The notes beneath the pieces are model-generated. The model ran no database searches and was not told the DNA's origin. It saw only the letters and a program-made list of their open reading frames with translations. DNA of 64,000 nt from Lachnospiraceae bacterium. GTDB taxonomy: Bacteria > Bacillota > Clostridia > Lachnospirales > Lachnospiraceae. Below are positions 19,296 to 26,883 of the stretch, one piece after another. The translations under genes and the position numbers were made by a program. The DNA is taken from the NCBI GenBank assembly GCA_020860645.1, contig JAJBTX010000068.1, positions 2,577 to 66,576 on the forward strand, written 5' to 3'. The stretch's first letter is position 1. Every line of letters begins with the position of its first letter.

Positions 19296-19328
19296 AGGCT
19301 TCCTAAGAGATTAGGGAGCCTTTTCTTT
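19296..19328 (+). terminator. intrinsic terminator after the tRNA
   Basis: AGGCTTCCTAA-gaga-TTAGGGAGCCT stem (one mismatch) followed by TTTTCTTTC. Confidence 0.6.
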
Positions 19329-19353
19329 CAAAATAAAACTGGAGGGCTTTGCG

Positions 19354-19893
19354 ATGCGGGTTGGCATGGGTTACGATGTGCACCGCCTGGCCGAGGGCAG
19401 GGAACTGATCCTTGGCGGGGTGAAGATACCATATGAAAAAGGACTGTTGGGTCATTCGGACGCGGATGTGCTGCTGCACGCGATCATGGACGCGCTGCTC
19501 GGCGCGGCGGCGCTAGGCGACATTGGAAGGCATTTCCCGGACACGGATCCGGCCTACGAAGGGATCTCCAGCCTGAAGCTGCTCGCGCATGTGGGGGCGC
19601 TTCTGGAGGAAAAGGACTATCAGATCATCAATATCGACGCGACGATCATCGCCCAGCGACCGAAGATGGCGCCCCATATTCCGCAGATGGTGAAAAATGT
19701 GGCGGAGACGCTGAAGATCGAGGAAGATCAGGTGAACATCAAGGCGACGACCGAGGAAGGACTCGGGTTTACAGGAAGCGGCGAGGGCATCGCTTCCCAA
19801 GCGATCTGCTCCCTGATGCCGATCACGGCCTACATTGATGAGGAGCGGGGCCTGCAGGGCGGCTGCGCGGGGTGCCAGGGATGCCCGAGATAG
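19354..19893 (+). CDS. ispF: 2-C-methyl-D-erythritol 2,4-cyclodiphosphate synthase
   Basis: [34 protein letters not shown] motifs. Carries a roughly 20-aa Cys-rich C-terminal tail. Confidence 0.93.
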   Translation: MRVGMGYDVHRLAEGRELILGGVKIPYEKGLLGHSDADVLLHAIMDALLGAAALGDIGRHFPDTDPAYEGISSLKLLAHVGALLEEKDYQIINIDATIIAQRPKMAPHIPQMVKNVAETLKIEEDQVNIKATTEEGLGFTGSGEGIASQAICSLMPITAYIDEERGLQGGCAGCQGCPR

Positions 19894-20717
19894 ACTGGAA
19901 GAAAGCGGTGCTTCGCTATCTTTCTGCGGAGGAAAAGGACTCCACTCGCTCTCTTTATGAAGCGGCCTTCCCGGAGGATACGAAGCGTTTTGTGGATTAT
20001 TATTATCAGTACAGGACGCGGGACAACGAGATCCTGGTGCTGGAGCAGGACGGGACGGCGGTATCCATGCTCCACCGCAATCCCTACACGCTGATTGTGA
20101 ATGGTTATGAGCTGCGCAGCGATTATATTGTGGCGGTGGCGACGCAGAAAGAATTCCGCCATCAGGGCTGCATGCGTGCGCTGCTTGAAAGGGCGCTCCG
20201 CGACATGGCGGAGCAGGATATGCCCTTCACCTTTCTGATGCCGGCGAGTGAGAGCATCTACGCGCCCTTTGATTTCGTGTGGATCTGCCCGTATACAGCG
20301 CTGCCGGCGCATGTCCTTCGCATGGACGCGGACGCGCAGAACCGCTATCTGGCGACCCGCTACCAGATGTTCTGCAGGCGGGACGCACGCTATCTGGAGA
20401 ATCTCAGGGAGGAGCAGAAGGCGGAGGCCGGTGAGGCGTCCTCCGGGAAAGTGCCTCCTTTTATGGCACGGATCACGGATGTGCGGGGCATGCTCTCCCT
20501 CGCGGGCAGCCGCGAGGAGCGGGAACTGTTTCTGCACGTAAAAGACGCAATTATCGAAAAGAATGACGGATATTTTCGCTGGATTACAGAGCCGGATAAA
20601 AGCAGGGCCGAGAAGCTCGGCGGCGCGCCGGAGCGCGTCGATCTCGAGCTGAGCGTCGGCGAGCTGGCCTCACTGCTCTTCGGCAGCTTCCGGATCTGCC
20701 TGAGCGAATATGTGTAG
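19872..20717 (+). CDS. GNAT family N-acetyltransferase (Eis-like)
   Basis: [22 protein letters not shown] acetyl-CoA-binding motif region. 22-nt overlap with ispF. Confidence 0.7.
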   Translation: MPGMPEIDWKKAVLRYLSAEEKDSTRSLYEAAFPEDTKRFVDYYYQYRTRDNEILVLEQDGTAVSMLHRNPYTLIVNGYELRSDYIVAVATQKEFRHQGCMRALLERALRDMAEQDMPFTFLMPASESIYAPFDFVWICPYTALPAHVLRMDADAQNRYLATRYQMFCRRDARYLENLREEQKAEAGEASSGKVPPFMARITDVRGMLSLAGSREERELFLHVKDAIIEKNDGYFRWITEPDKSRAEKLGGAPERVDLELSVGELASLLFGSFRICLSEYV

Positions 20718-20903
20718 TGTCTGTTGGAAGCGCGCGTCGTTCTGCTGTGCGGCCTCTTTCAGGACAGCATCGTAGCCGGTGAGCGCCGCGAAGGGGGAAA
20801 ACTGCGTCGCCCGGTCGTGCATGGACATGTGCGGTCGTGTTCTGGACACGTGGTGGGGCAGATCGAGAATATCCTGATAATCCTGTATACTTCTTCTGAC
20901 CAT
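20670..20903 (-). CDS. YolD-like protein (short form)
   Basis: DILDLPHHVS..HP.MSMHDRATQFSPFAALTGYD matches the YolD-like N-terminal pattern. Lies directly downstream of a Y-family polymerase, as in B. subtilis uvrX-yolD and yqjW-yqjX. Only 77 aa, and its 3' end overlaps the convergent GNAT gene. Confidence 0.7.
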   Translation of the reverse strand: MVRRSIQDYQDILDLPHHVSRTRPHMSMHDRATQFSPFAALTGYDAVLKEAAQQNDARFQQTLHIFAQADPEAAEEQ

Positions 20904-20914
20904 TTTTCTCTCCT

Positions 20915-22423
20915 CTATTTTCTGTGGCCGCCGACCTGCGCGTTGCGCTCCCGGCCGGTCGCGCCCTCCTCCAGGTTCATCCCCTTGAGCAGGGCGTTCT
21001 TCCCGAATTTCTTCTGAATTTCCAGGACCGCTTTCTGTCCGCGCTTTTCGCGCTCAAGTTCCGCCTGTTCCCGTGCACGTTTCTGTTCCAGCGCCGCGTA
21101 ATCCGTGAACAGGTCGAGCTGTTCCGGCTCCGGGGGTTTCACTCGGTCTTCTCTGACGACGTGGTTGGCGACAACGTACATGCGGCGCACCAGCAGCCCG
21201 GGGTCCACGATGCGGTCGAAGAGCTCCATCGCCGCCGCTGTGATCAGCCTCGTGGAGGCGGTCTGTCTGCCGAGATTGATGGAGCCGTGGGCGGGTTTCG
21301 GAACACGGCGGCCATAGTGGTCGCTGACAATTTCGCCTTTATAGGACTCCCGCCGTCCCGGATCACTTAAATTTTCGATATCATAGCCGATGGTCAGCAC
21401 GATCTGGTCCGCGACCAGCTCCTTGTCCACCAGGTCAAGGGAGAGGGCATCGGCCATCTCCCTGACCACGAGTCTGGCCTTCTCAAATTCGTAGGGCTGC
21501 TGCAGTACCTGTCCGGAGCTGATGCTGTTGTTCTCCGGCGTGTATTCCTGGATGTCGCGGATGCGGCAGGGCTCCCAACCCCAGGCATGGTCGATCAGCA
21601 GCTCCGCGTTCACGCCGAACTCCTTATACAGCCGGTTTTCCCCGTGCGTGTCCAGACTGTAGCGCGCGATATCGCCCATGGTGAAGAGTCCGAGCTTCTC
21701 CAGCCTCTTCGCATAGCCGCGGCCGACGCGCCAGAAGTCGGTGATGGGCTGATGCGCCCAGAGCTTTTCCCGGTAGCTCTGTTCATTCAGAGAGGCGATG
21801 CGCACGCCGTCCTGGTCCGCCGGCATATGCTTTGCCACGATATCCATGGCGATCTTGCACAGGTAAAGATTGCTGCCGATGCCGGCGGTGGCGGTGATGC
21901 CGGTTTCCCGCAGCACCTCCCGGATGATCTTCATCGCCAGCTCATGGGCCGTGAGTCCGCAGGTGTGCAGATAGTCGGTCACATCCATGAAAACCTCGTC
22001 GATGCTGTAGACATGGATGTCTTCCTGAGCGACATGGCGCAGGTAGATCTGATAGATTTCACTGCTGCGCTGCATATAATGCGCCATCTGCGGCGTGGCT
22101 ACGAGATAGTCCAGCGCCAGCGAGGGGTTCGCGTTCAGTTCATCGAGGTCGCAGGAGCTTCCCGTAAGGCGATGTCCGGGGGCTCTTCGCAGGCGCTCGG
22201 CGTTCACCTCCTTTACCCGGCTCACGACCTCAAAGAGCCGGGCCCGTCCGGAAATGCCGAAGGATTTCAGAGACGGGGATACGGCGAGACAGATCGTCTT
22301 CTCCGTGCGGCTTAAGTCCGCGACTACCAGATTGGTGCGCAGGGGATCAAGCCCCCGTTCCACGCATTCCACGGAGGCGTAGAAGGATTTCAGGTCAATG
22401 GCGATATAAGAACGTTCCGGCAA
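20915..22423 (-). CDS. Y-family DNA polymerase (UmuC/DinB/UvrX-like translesion polymerase)
   Basis: YIAIDLKSFYASVECV N-terminus, SIDEVFMDVT catalytic motif, and C-terminal KKFGKNALLKG..GGH tail typical of Firmicute enzymes. TTG start 8 nt after AGGAGG. Confidence 0.9.
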   Translation of the reverse strand: MPERSYIAIDLKSFYASVECVERGLDPLRTNLVVADLSRTEKTICLAVSPSLKSFGISGRARLFEVVSRVKEVNAERLRRAPGHRLTGSSCDLDELNANPSLALDYLVATPQMAHYMQRSSEIYQIYLRHVAQEDIHVYSIDEVFMDVTDYLHTCGLTAHELAMKIIREVLRETGITATAGIGSNLYLCKIAMDIVAKHMPADQDGVRIASLNEQSYREKLWAHQPITDFWRVGRGYAKRLEKLGLFTMGDIARYSLDTHGENRLYKEFGVNAELLIDHAWGWEPCRIRDIQEYTPENNSISSGQVLQQPYEFEKARLVVREMADALSLDLVDKELVADQIVLTIGYDIENLSDPGRRESYKGEIVSDHYGRRVPKPAHGSINLGRQTASTRLITAAAMELFDRIVDPGLLVRRMYVVANHVVREDRVKPPEPEQLDLFTDYAALEQKRAREQAELEREKRGQKAVLEIQKKFGKNALLKGMNLEEGATGRERNAQVGGHRK

Positions 22424-22464
22424 AAAACACGCCTCCTTTCAGCAAAAAGCAGCGCTGACTTTTA

Positions 22465-22493
22465 TTGACATTCGCCTGAAATAATGCTATAGT
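22465..22493 (+). promoter_or_regulatory. sigma-A promoter TTGACA-17-TATAGT upstream of rubredoxin
   Basis: -35 at 22465-22470, 17-nt spacer, -10 at 22488-22493. Confidence 0.55.
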
Positions 22494-22527
22494 GCACATC
22501 GAAATCAGGCGGAAGCCGCGTCACCCT

Positions 22528-22550
22528 GTTCTGTGATCTTATCACAGAAC
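22528..22550 (+). promoter_or_regulatory. perfect 10+10 palindrome GTTCTGTGAT-ctt-ATCACAGAAC in the rubredoxin leader (operator or RNA hairpin)
   Basis: Read directly from the sequence. Lies about 35 nt downstream of the -10 and about 55 nt upstream of the rubredoxin start. Confidence 0.45.
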
Positions 22551-22603
22551 GGCGCGCAAAAAAAGTGTAATTTTATAACAATATGGAAAGGATGGTGAGC
22601 AGG

Positions 22604-22759
22604 ATGAAATATGTCTGTGATGTCTGCGGCTATGAGTACGATGAGGCGCTCGGCGATCCCGACAATGGGATCGAGCCCGGCACGAAATGGGAGGACCTGC
22701 CGGAGGACTGGGTCTGTCCGCTCTGCCAGGTTGGCAAGGATCAGTTCAGCGAGGCTTAA
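22604..22759 (+). CDS. rubredoxin
   Basis: 51-aa ORF below the track threshold: [51 protein letters not shown]. It has both CxxCG/CPxC iron-binding knuckles. An alternative in-frame ATG is at 22592. Confidence 0.92.
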   Translation: MKYVCDVCGYEYDEALGDPDNGIEPGTKWEDLPEDWVCPLCQVGKDQFSEA

Positions 22760-22778
22760 GAAGCGTGAGAGCATGAGA

Positions 22779-22821
22779 AGCCCGGGAATGGTTATGCAGT
22801 ATTACCGTTCCGGGGCTTTTT
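22779..22821 (+). terminator. intrinsic terminator after rubredoxin
   Basis: About 13-bp GC-rich stem (AGCCCGGGAATGGT / ACCGTTCCGGGGCT, one G-G mismatch), 11-nt loop, then TTTTT. Confidence 0.7.
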
Positions 22822-22846
22822 CATGCGCCGGAATGCGTGAAAGGAA

Positions 22847-22875
22847 TTGCAATTACCGGGAGCTTGTGCTATAGT
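22847..22875 (+). promoter_or_regulatory. sigma-A promoter TTGCAA-17-TATAGT for the B12 operon
   Basis: -35 at 22847-22852, 17-nt spacer, -10 at 22870-22875, immediately upstream of the riboswitch. Confidence 0.55.
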
Positions 22876-22885
22876 ATTTTCTAAT

Positions 22886-23045
22886 CGCAGGTGTCGGCGG
22901 GGAGATCCGCCGGTGAAAAGGGAAACGGGTGAGAATCCCGTGCGAACTCGTCACTGTATGCCGGGAGCGCAGGGCCAGAATGCCACTGAGAGATTGGGAA
23001 GGCGGCCTTAGGCGCGATGATTGGCGAGCCAGGAGACCTGCCTGT
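22886..23045 (+). promoter_or_regulatory. cobalamin riboswitch aptamer
   Basis: Conserved core GGTGAAAAGGGAAACGGGTGAGAATCCCGTGC, then GCCACTG, then B12 box GCCAGGAGACCTGCC. P1 pairing is GCAGGT...ACCTGC. Confidence 0.9.
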
Positions 23046-23121
23046 GAGGATGGGAGCGATGAGCTCCCCAGGCCACGAGTAACTGGTCGCAAATGAAAAA
23101 TTTCATTGCGTCCTCTTACGT

Positions 23122-23152
23122 CGTGCCCCCGATAAGCAGGAGGGCACGTTTT
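23122..23152 (+). terminator. riboswitch expression-platform terminator
   Basis: CGTGCCC...GGGCACG stem followed by TTTT, about 40 nt before the first gene's RBS (AAGAGGAGGAAAAGG). Confidence 0.6.
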
Positions 23153-23190
23153 AGTCTACGCCGAAAAGGCGAAAAGAGGAGGAAAAGGAA

Positions 23191-24426
23191 ATGAAAAGGA
23201 AACTGGCAATGTTACTGGCGGGCGCCATGGTCTTCGGACTGCTGACGGGCTGCGGAAGCAGCACGACGACGGAGACGACGGAAGAGACGGTCGAAGAGGA
23301 GACAGAGGAAGCCGAAGAGGAAGTCGAAGAAGAGGCTGAGGAGGAAGTCGACGCGGATCAGGCGGCGGCTGACGAGGTGGCGGCTCTGATCGACGCGATC
23401 TATGTCCAGGAGTGGACCGAGGATACCGCGGATCAGTGCGCGGCGGCGAAGGCAGCCTGGGACGCCCTGACCGACGAGCAGAAGGAGCTGGTCGAGGGTG
23501 AGAATGCGGATCCGGATTACTTCGGAAGAGACACCGGCGACGCTTCGCTGGATGACGCGAGGAATCAGGACGATATCGGGGAGAACGAGATTCTGGTCGT
23601 GAGCTTCGGTACTTCCTTTAACGACAGCCGTGTGACGGACATCAAGGGGATTGAGGACGCGCTGCAGGAGGCTTATCCGGACTGGTCCGTGCGCAGAGCC
23701 TTTACGGCGCAGATCATCATCAATCACATCCTGGCGCGCGAGGGATATCAGATTGACAATATCGATCAGGCACTGCAGCGCGCGGTGGACAACGGCGTGA
23801 AGAATCTTGTCGTACAGCCGACGCATCTGATGCACGGCGCGGAGTATGATGAGATGATGGAGGCGGTTGAGTCCTACGCGGATCAGTTTGAGACGGTGTC
23901 CGTGGCGGAGCCGCTGCTCGGCGAGGTTGGTTCCGACGCGAGCGTGATCAATGAGGACAAGGCCGCGGTCGCGGAGGCGGTTGTCGCCGCGGCGGTCGAG
24001 GATTCCGATTATGACAGCCTGGACGCGATGGCGGAGGACGGCACGGCGATCGTGCTGATGGGACATGGAACTTCTCATACCGCAAACGTGACCTATGACC
24101 AGATGCAGACGCAGATGGAGGAGCTCGGCTATGAGAATGTCTTCATCGGAACGGTAGAGGGCGAGCCGGAAGATACGGAATGCTCTGTTGTGATTGAGAA
24201 GCTCGCAGAGGCAGGCTATACGAAGGTCATCCTTCGCCCGCTGATGGTGGTTGCGGGCGACCACGCGAACAACGATATGGCGGGAGACGACGAGGATTCC
24301 TGGAAGAGCATGTTCGAAGCGTCCGGCAGCTTTGAGAGCATCGAGACGCAGATTGCGGGTCTTGGCCGCATCGAAGCGGTAGAGGCGCTCTACGTCGAGC
24401 ACACGGCAGCAGCGATGGCGGAGTAA
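23191..24426 (+). CDS. lipoprotein with CbiK-type (class II) sirohydrochlorin cobaltochelatase domain
   Basis: Lipoprotein signal MKRKLAMLLAGAMVFGLLTGC, a Thr/Glu-rich acidic linker and a helical module ending DALTDEQKELV. The CbiK core follows (ILVVSFGTSFNDSR, QPTHLMHGAEY, VLMGHGTSH). Confidence 0.8.
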   Translation: MKRKLAMLLAGAMVFGLLTGCGSSTTTETTEETVEEETEEAEEEVEEEAEEEVDADQAAADEVAALIDAIYVQEWTEDTADQCAAAKAAWDALTDEQKELVEGENADPDYFGRDTGDASLDDARNQDDIGENEILVVSFGTSFNDSRVTDIKGIEDALQEAYPDWSVRRAFTAQIIINHILAREGYQIDNIDQALQRAVDNGVKNLVVQPTHLMHGAEYDEMMEAVESYADQFETVSVAEPLLGEVGSDASVINEDKAAVAEAVVAAAVEDSDYDSLDAMAEDGTAIVLMGHGTSHTANVTYDQMQTQMEELGYENVFIGTVEGEPEDTECSVVIEKLAEAGYTKVILRPLMVVAGDHANNDMAGDDEDSWKSMFEASGSFESIETQIAGLGRIEAVEALYVEHTAAAMAE

Positions 24427-24454
24427 ACCTGATACAAAATGCTGCGGGGTCTGT

Positions 24455-24488
24455 CACAGACAGGCTCTGCAGCGTGGGCTTGTCTGTG
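24455..24488 (+). other. intercistronic RNA stem-loop
   Basis: CACAGACAGGC / GCTTGTCTGTG 11-bp stem (one G-U pair) with a 12-nt loop and no U-tract. Confidence 0.35.
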
Positions 24489-24531
24489 AAAGCGGGTAGA
24501 AAACGGATCCTGCAGACGGAGATGAGAATTT

Positions 24532-25119
24532 ATGAAAAAAGTGATTACTTTACTGGCTGTGCTTTCCCTCACAGCCGCGCTCTGCGTCGGATGCGGCGGC
24601 AGTGCGCAGGAGGAGAGCACCGCGGACACAGCCTCCGGGGAGGAAGCCGTGTCTGAAGGAGAATCCGGCGCAGAGGAGGAAAACGGCTCGAACGAAGAAT
24701 CCACTGCGGAGGAAGAGGCGGCGGAGACGGTCACCGTGGAAGCTGAGCTTGAGGATGGCGTCTACCTGGCCGACTTTGACACGGATAGCTCGATGTTCCA
24801 CGTCAATGAATCCTGCGATGGCAAGGGTACCCTGACCGTGGAGAACGGTGTGATGACGATCCACGTCTCTCTGGTGTCAAAAAATATTGTCAATCTCTAC
24901 TATGGCCTTGCGGAGGACGCGCAGCAGGACGGCGCGGAGCTGATCGAGCCGACGCTGGACAGCGTCACCTACAGTGACGGCTACACGGAGGAGGTCTACG
25001 GCTTCGACATTCCGGTACCGGCACTGGATACGGAGTACAATGTCGCGATTATCGGCACAAAGGACAACTGGTACGACCATATGGTCAGCGTGTCAAACCC
25101 TGAGTTGCTGACGGAGTAA
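24532..25119 (+). CDS. small lipoprotein, acidic linker plus beta-rich domain (NEAT-like by eye), function unknown
   Basis: Signal peptide with lipobox-like LCVGC, an E/S-rich linker, then EDGVYLADFDTDSSMFHVN..GTLTVENGVMTIHVSL..YGFDIPVP. Paralogous in pattern to the next ORF. Confidence 0.65.
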   Translation: MKKVITLLAVLSLTAALCVGCGGSAQEESTADTASGEEAVSEGESGAEEENGSNEESTAEEEAAETVTVEAELEDGVYLADFDTDSSMFHVNESCDGKGTLTVENGVMTIHVSLVSKNIVNLYYGLAEDAQQDGAELIEPTLDSVTYSDGYTEEVYGFDIPVPALDTEYNVAIIGTKDNWYDHMVSVSNPELLTE

Positions 25120-25130
25120 TGCGATCACGC

Positions 25131-25162
25131 GCCCCCGCTTTCGCGAAAAACGAAGCGGGGGC
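25131..25162 (+). terminator. strong GC hairpin between the two small surface-protein genes (weak U-tract; attenuator or stabiliser)
   Basis: GCCCCCGCTT / AAGCGGGGGC 10-bp stem, 12-nt loop, followed by ACTTTCC. Confidence 0.4.
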
Positions 25163-25194
25163 ACTTTCCATACTCTGGAGAGGAGTTTTCGGAT

Positions 25195-25737
25195 ATGAAA
25201 AAACGGAATTTTGCATGGATTTGTACGGCGGTTCTGACCATTCTCTGCGCATGGGCGCCGCTTACCGCCCACGCGGAAGCGCTGGAGGCGGCCTGGATCG
25301 AGATGGAGGACGGCGAGTACGCGATCGACGTGGCGATGGAGGGCGGCAGCGGAAAGGTGACGATCAGCTCCCCGGCGATTCTGATCGTCGAAGATGGGCG
25401 TGCCTACGCGCGCATTGAGTGGAGCAGCACGCATTACGATTATATGAAGGTGGGCGATGAGACCTACTATCCGGTTAACGAGGACGGGGGCTACTCTACC
25501 TTTGAAATTCCGATCACGGTGTTCAATGAGGCGATGACTGTGATCGGCGATACGACGGCGATGAGTACGCCGCATGAGGTTGAGTATACGCTCATTTTCG
25601 ACTCTGACTCGATCACTTCAAAGAGCCAGACGCCGCAGGCGGCGGCGCAGAGAGTTGTCTATATGGCGCTCGCGATCATCGCGGTCTGCGCGGTGGTTTC
25701 CATCATCAAGAAGAGAAGAAGGTATTCCGCGAAATGA
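25195..25737 (+). CDS. secreted beta-rich protein with C-terminal membrane anchor (NEAT-like by eye), function unknown
   Basis: Signal peptide ending LTAHA, then EDGEYAIDVAMEGGSGKVTISSPAILIVEDGRAYARIEWSSTHYDYM..FEIPI..HEVEYTLIFD. C-terminal TM segment VVYMALAIIAVCAVVSII followed by KKRRR. Confidence 0.65.
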   Translation: MKKRNFAWICTAVLTILCAWAPLTAHAEALEAAWIEMEDGEYAIDVAMEGGSGKVTISSPAILIVEDGRAYARIEWSSTHYDYMKVGDETYYPVNEDGGYSTFEIPITVFNEAMTVIGDTTAMSTPHEVEYTLIFDSDSITSKSQTPQAAAQRVVYMALAIIAVCAVVSIIKKRRRYSAK

Positions 25738-26879
25738 GAAAAAGATGGATGGCAGCGGTTCTTCTGCCGGCAACGGCATTCACGCTTATGGGCTGTGGCT
25801 CGTCCGCGGGGGCAGATGCGGCGGCTCGGGATACCAACATCAGCGAAGAGCTGAGCTTTACGGAGAGCATGGAACTCTCCTATGCGGAAGAATTTTCCGT
25901 GGATTACTATGAAAATGATTTTGCGCTGATCACGATCGCGGACAGTGCCCGCTACCTGCTCGTCCCGGAGGGGGAGAGCGCTCCGGAGGATCTGGATGAG
26001 GAGATCGTGATTTTACAGCAGCCGATTGAAAATATATATCTTGTGGCTTCAGCCGTGATGGACATGTTCGTTTCCATGGATGCGCTGGACGCGATTCGCT
26101 TCAGCGGTACGCAGGCGGACGGCTGGTACATCGAGGAGGCGAAGACCGCGATGGAAAATGGGGATATTCTCTATGCGGGCAAATATTCCGCACCGGATTA
26201 CGAGCAGATCCTTGCGGAGAACTGCGGCCTGGCGATCGAGAATACGATGATCTACCACACGCCGGAGGTGGAGGAGCAGCTGGAGAAATTCGGTATTCCG
26301 GTGCTCGTCGACTATTCGAGCTATGAGGCGGAGCCGCTCGGACGGACCGAGTGGATAAAGCTCTACGGTCTGCTGGTTGGCGAGGAGGAGGCCGCGGAGG
26401 ATGCTTTCGCGGCGGAGATTGAAGAGTTTGCGACAGTGGCGGACGCGGAACAGACGGGATTGACGGTCGCCTTCTTCTACATCACGACGAATGGCGAGGC
26501 GAATGTCCGGCAGTCATCCGACTATCTGCCGAAGATGATCGAGCTCGCGGGCGGAACCTATATTTTTGCGGTTCTCGGCGACGAGGACACGGCTTCCTCG
26601 ACCGTGACGATGACGATGGAGGAGTTCTACGCGGGGGCGAAGGACGCCGACTATATTATCTATAACAGTACGATCGACGGGGAACTCACATCGGTCGACG
26701 AACTGTTGGGGAAAAGCTCGCTTCTCGGCAACTTCAGCGCCGTGCAGAGTGGAAATGTCTACTGTACGTCGAAGAACCTCTACCAGTCCTCGATGGAGCT
26801 CGGCACGATCACGGCGGATATTCACCGCATGCTGACCGGGGAGGATGAGGAGCTCACTTATCTGTATAAACTGGAGTGA
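25734..26879 (+). CDS. ABC transporter substrate-binding lipoprotein, BtuF/FepB (cluster A/type 8) family
   Basis: Lipobox TLMGC and a periplasmic-binding-protein layout. Followed by a FecCD permease and an ATPase, under a cobalamin riboswitch. Confidence 0.8.
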   Translation: MRKRWMAAVLLPATAFTLMGCGSSAGADAAARDTNISEELSFTESMELSYAEEFSVDYYENDFALITIADSARYLLVPEGESAPEDLDEEIVILQQPIENIYLVASAVMDMFVSMDALDAIRFSGTQADGWYIEEAKTAMENGDILYAGKYSAPDYEQILAENCGLAIENTMIYHTPEVEEQLEKFGIPVLVDYSSYEAEPLGRTEWIKLYGLLVGEEEAAEDAFAAEIEEFATVADAEQTGLTVAFFYITTNGEANVRQSSDYLPKMIELAGGTYIFAVLGDEDTASSTVTMTMEEFYAGAKDADYIIYNSTIDGELTSVDELLGKSSLLGNFSAVQSGNVYCTSKNLYQSSMELGTITADIHRMLTGEDEELTYLYKLE

Positions 26880-26883
26880 AGGA

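Noticed and set aside
22424-22603. LexA/Cheo box (GAAC-N4-GTTC) upstream of the Y-family polymerase.
   Set aside because: No such motif was found by eye on either strand. The only GTTC...GAAC pair is the 23-bp palindrome, which has inverted polarity and 15-nt separation and sits in the rubredoxin leader.
22505-22874. Track ORFs 22611..22874 (+, 87 aa) and 22505..22774 (-, 89 aa).
   Set aside because: Both are out of frame with a textbook rubredoxin (22604..22759). The plus-strand one also runs through the rubredoxin terminator.
22853-23092. 79-aa minus-strand ORF.
   Set aside because: It lies entirely within the cobalamin riboswitch; the region is explained by conserved RNA motifs on the plus strand.
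23260-23350. GAAGAG/GAGGAA-rich stretch as a DNA tandem repeat or variable-number locus.
   Set aside because: It is in frame and simply encodes the Glu/Thr-rich linker of the lipoprotein. The units are irregular rather than a true tandem array.
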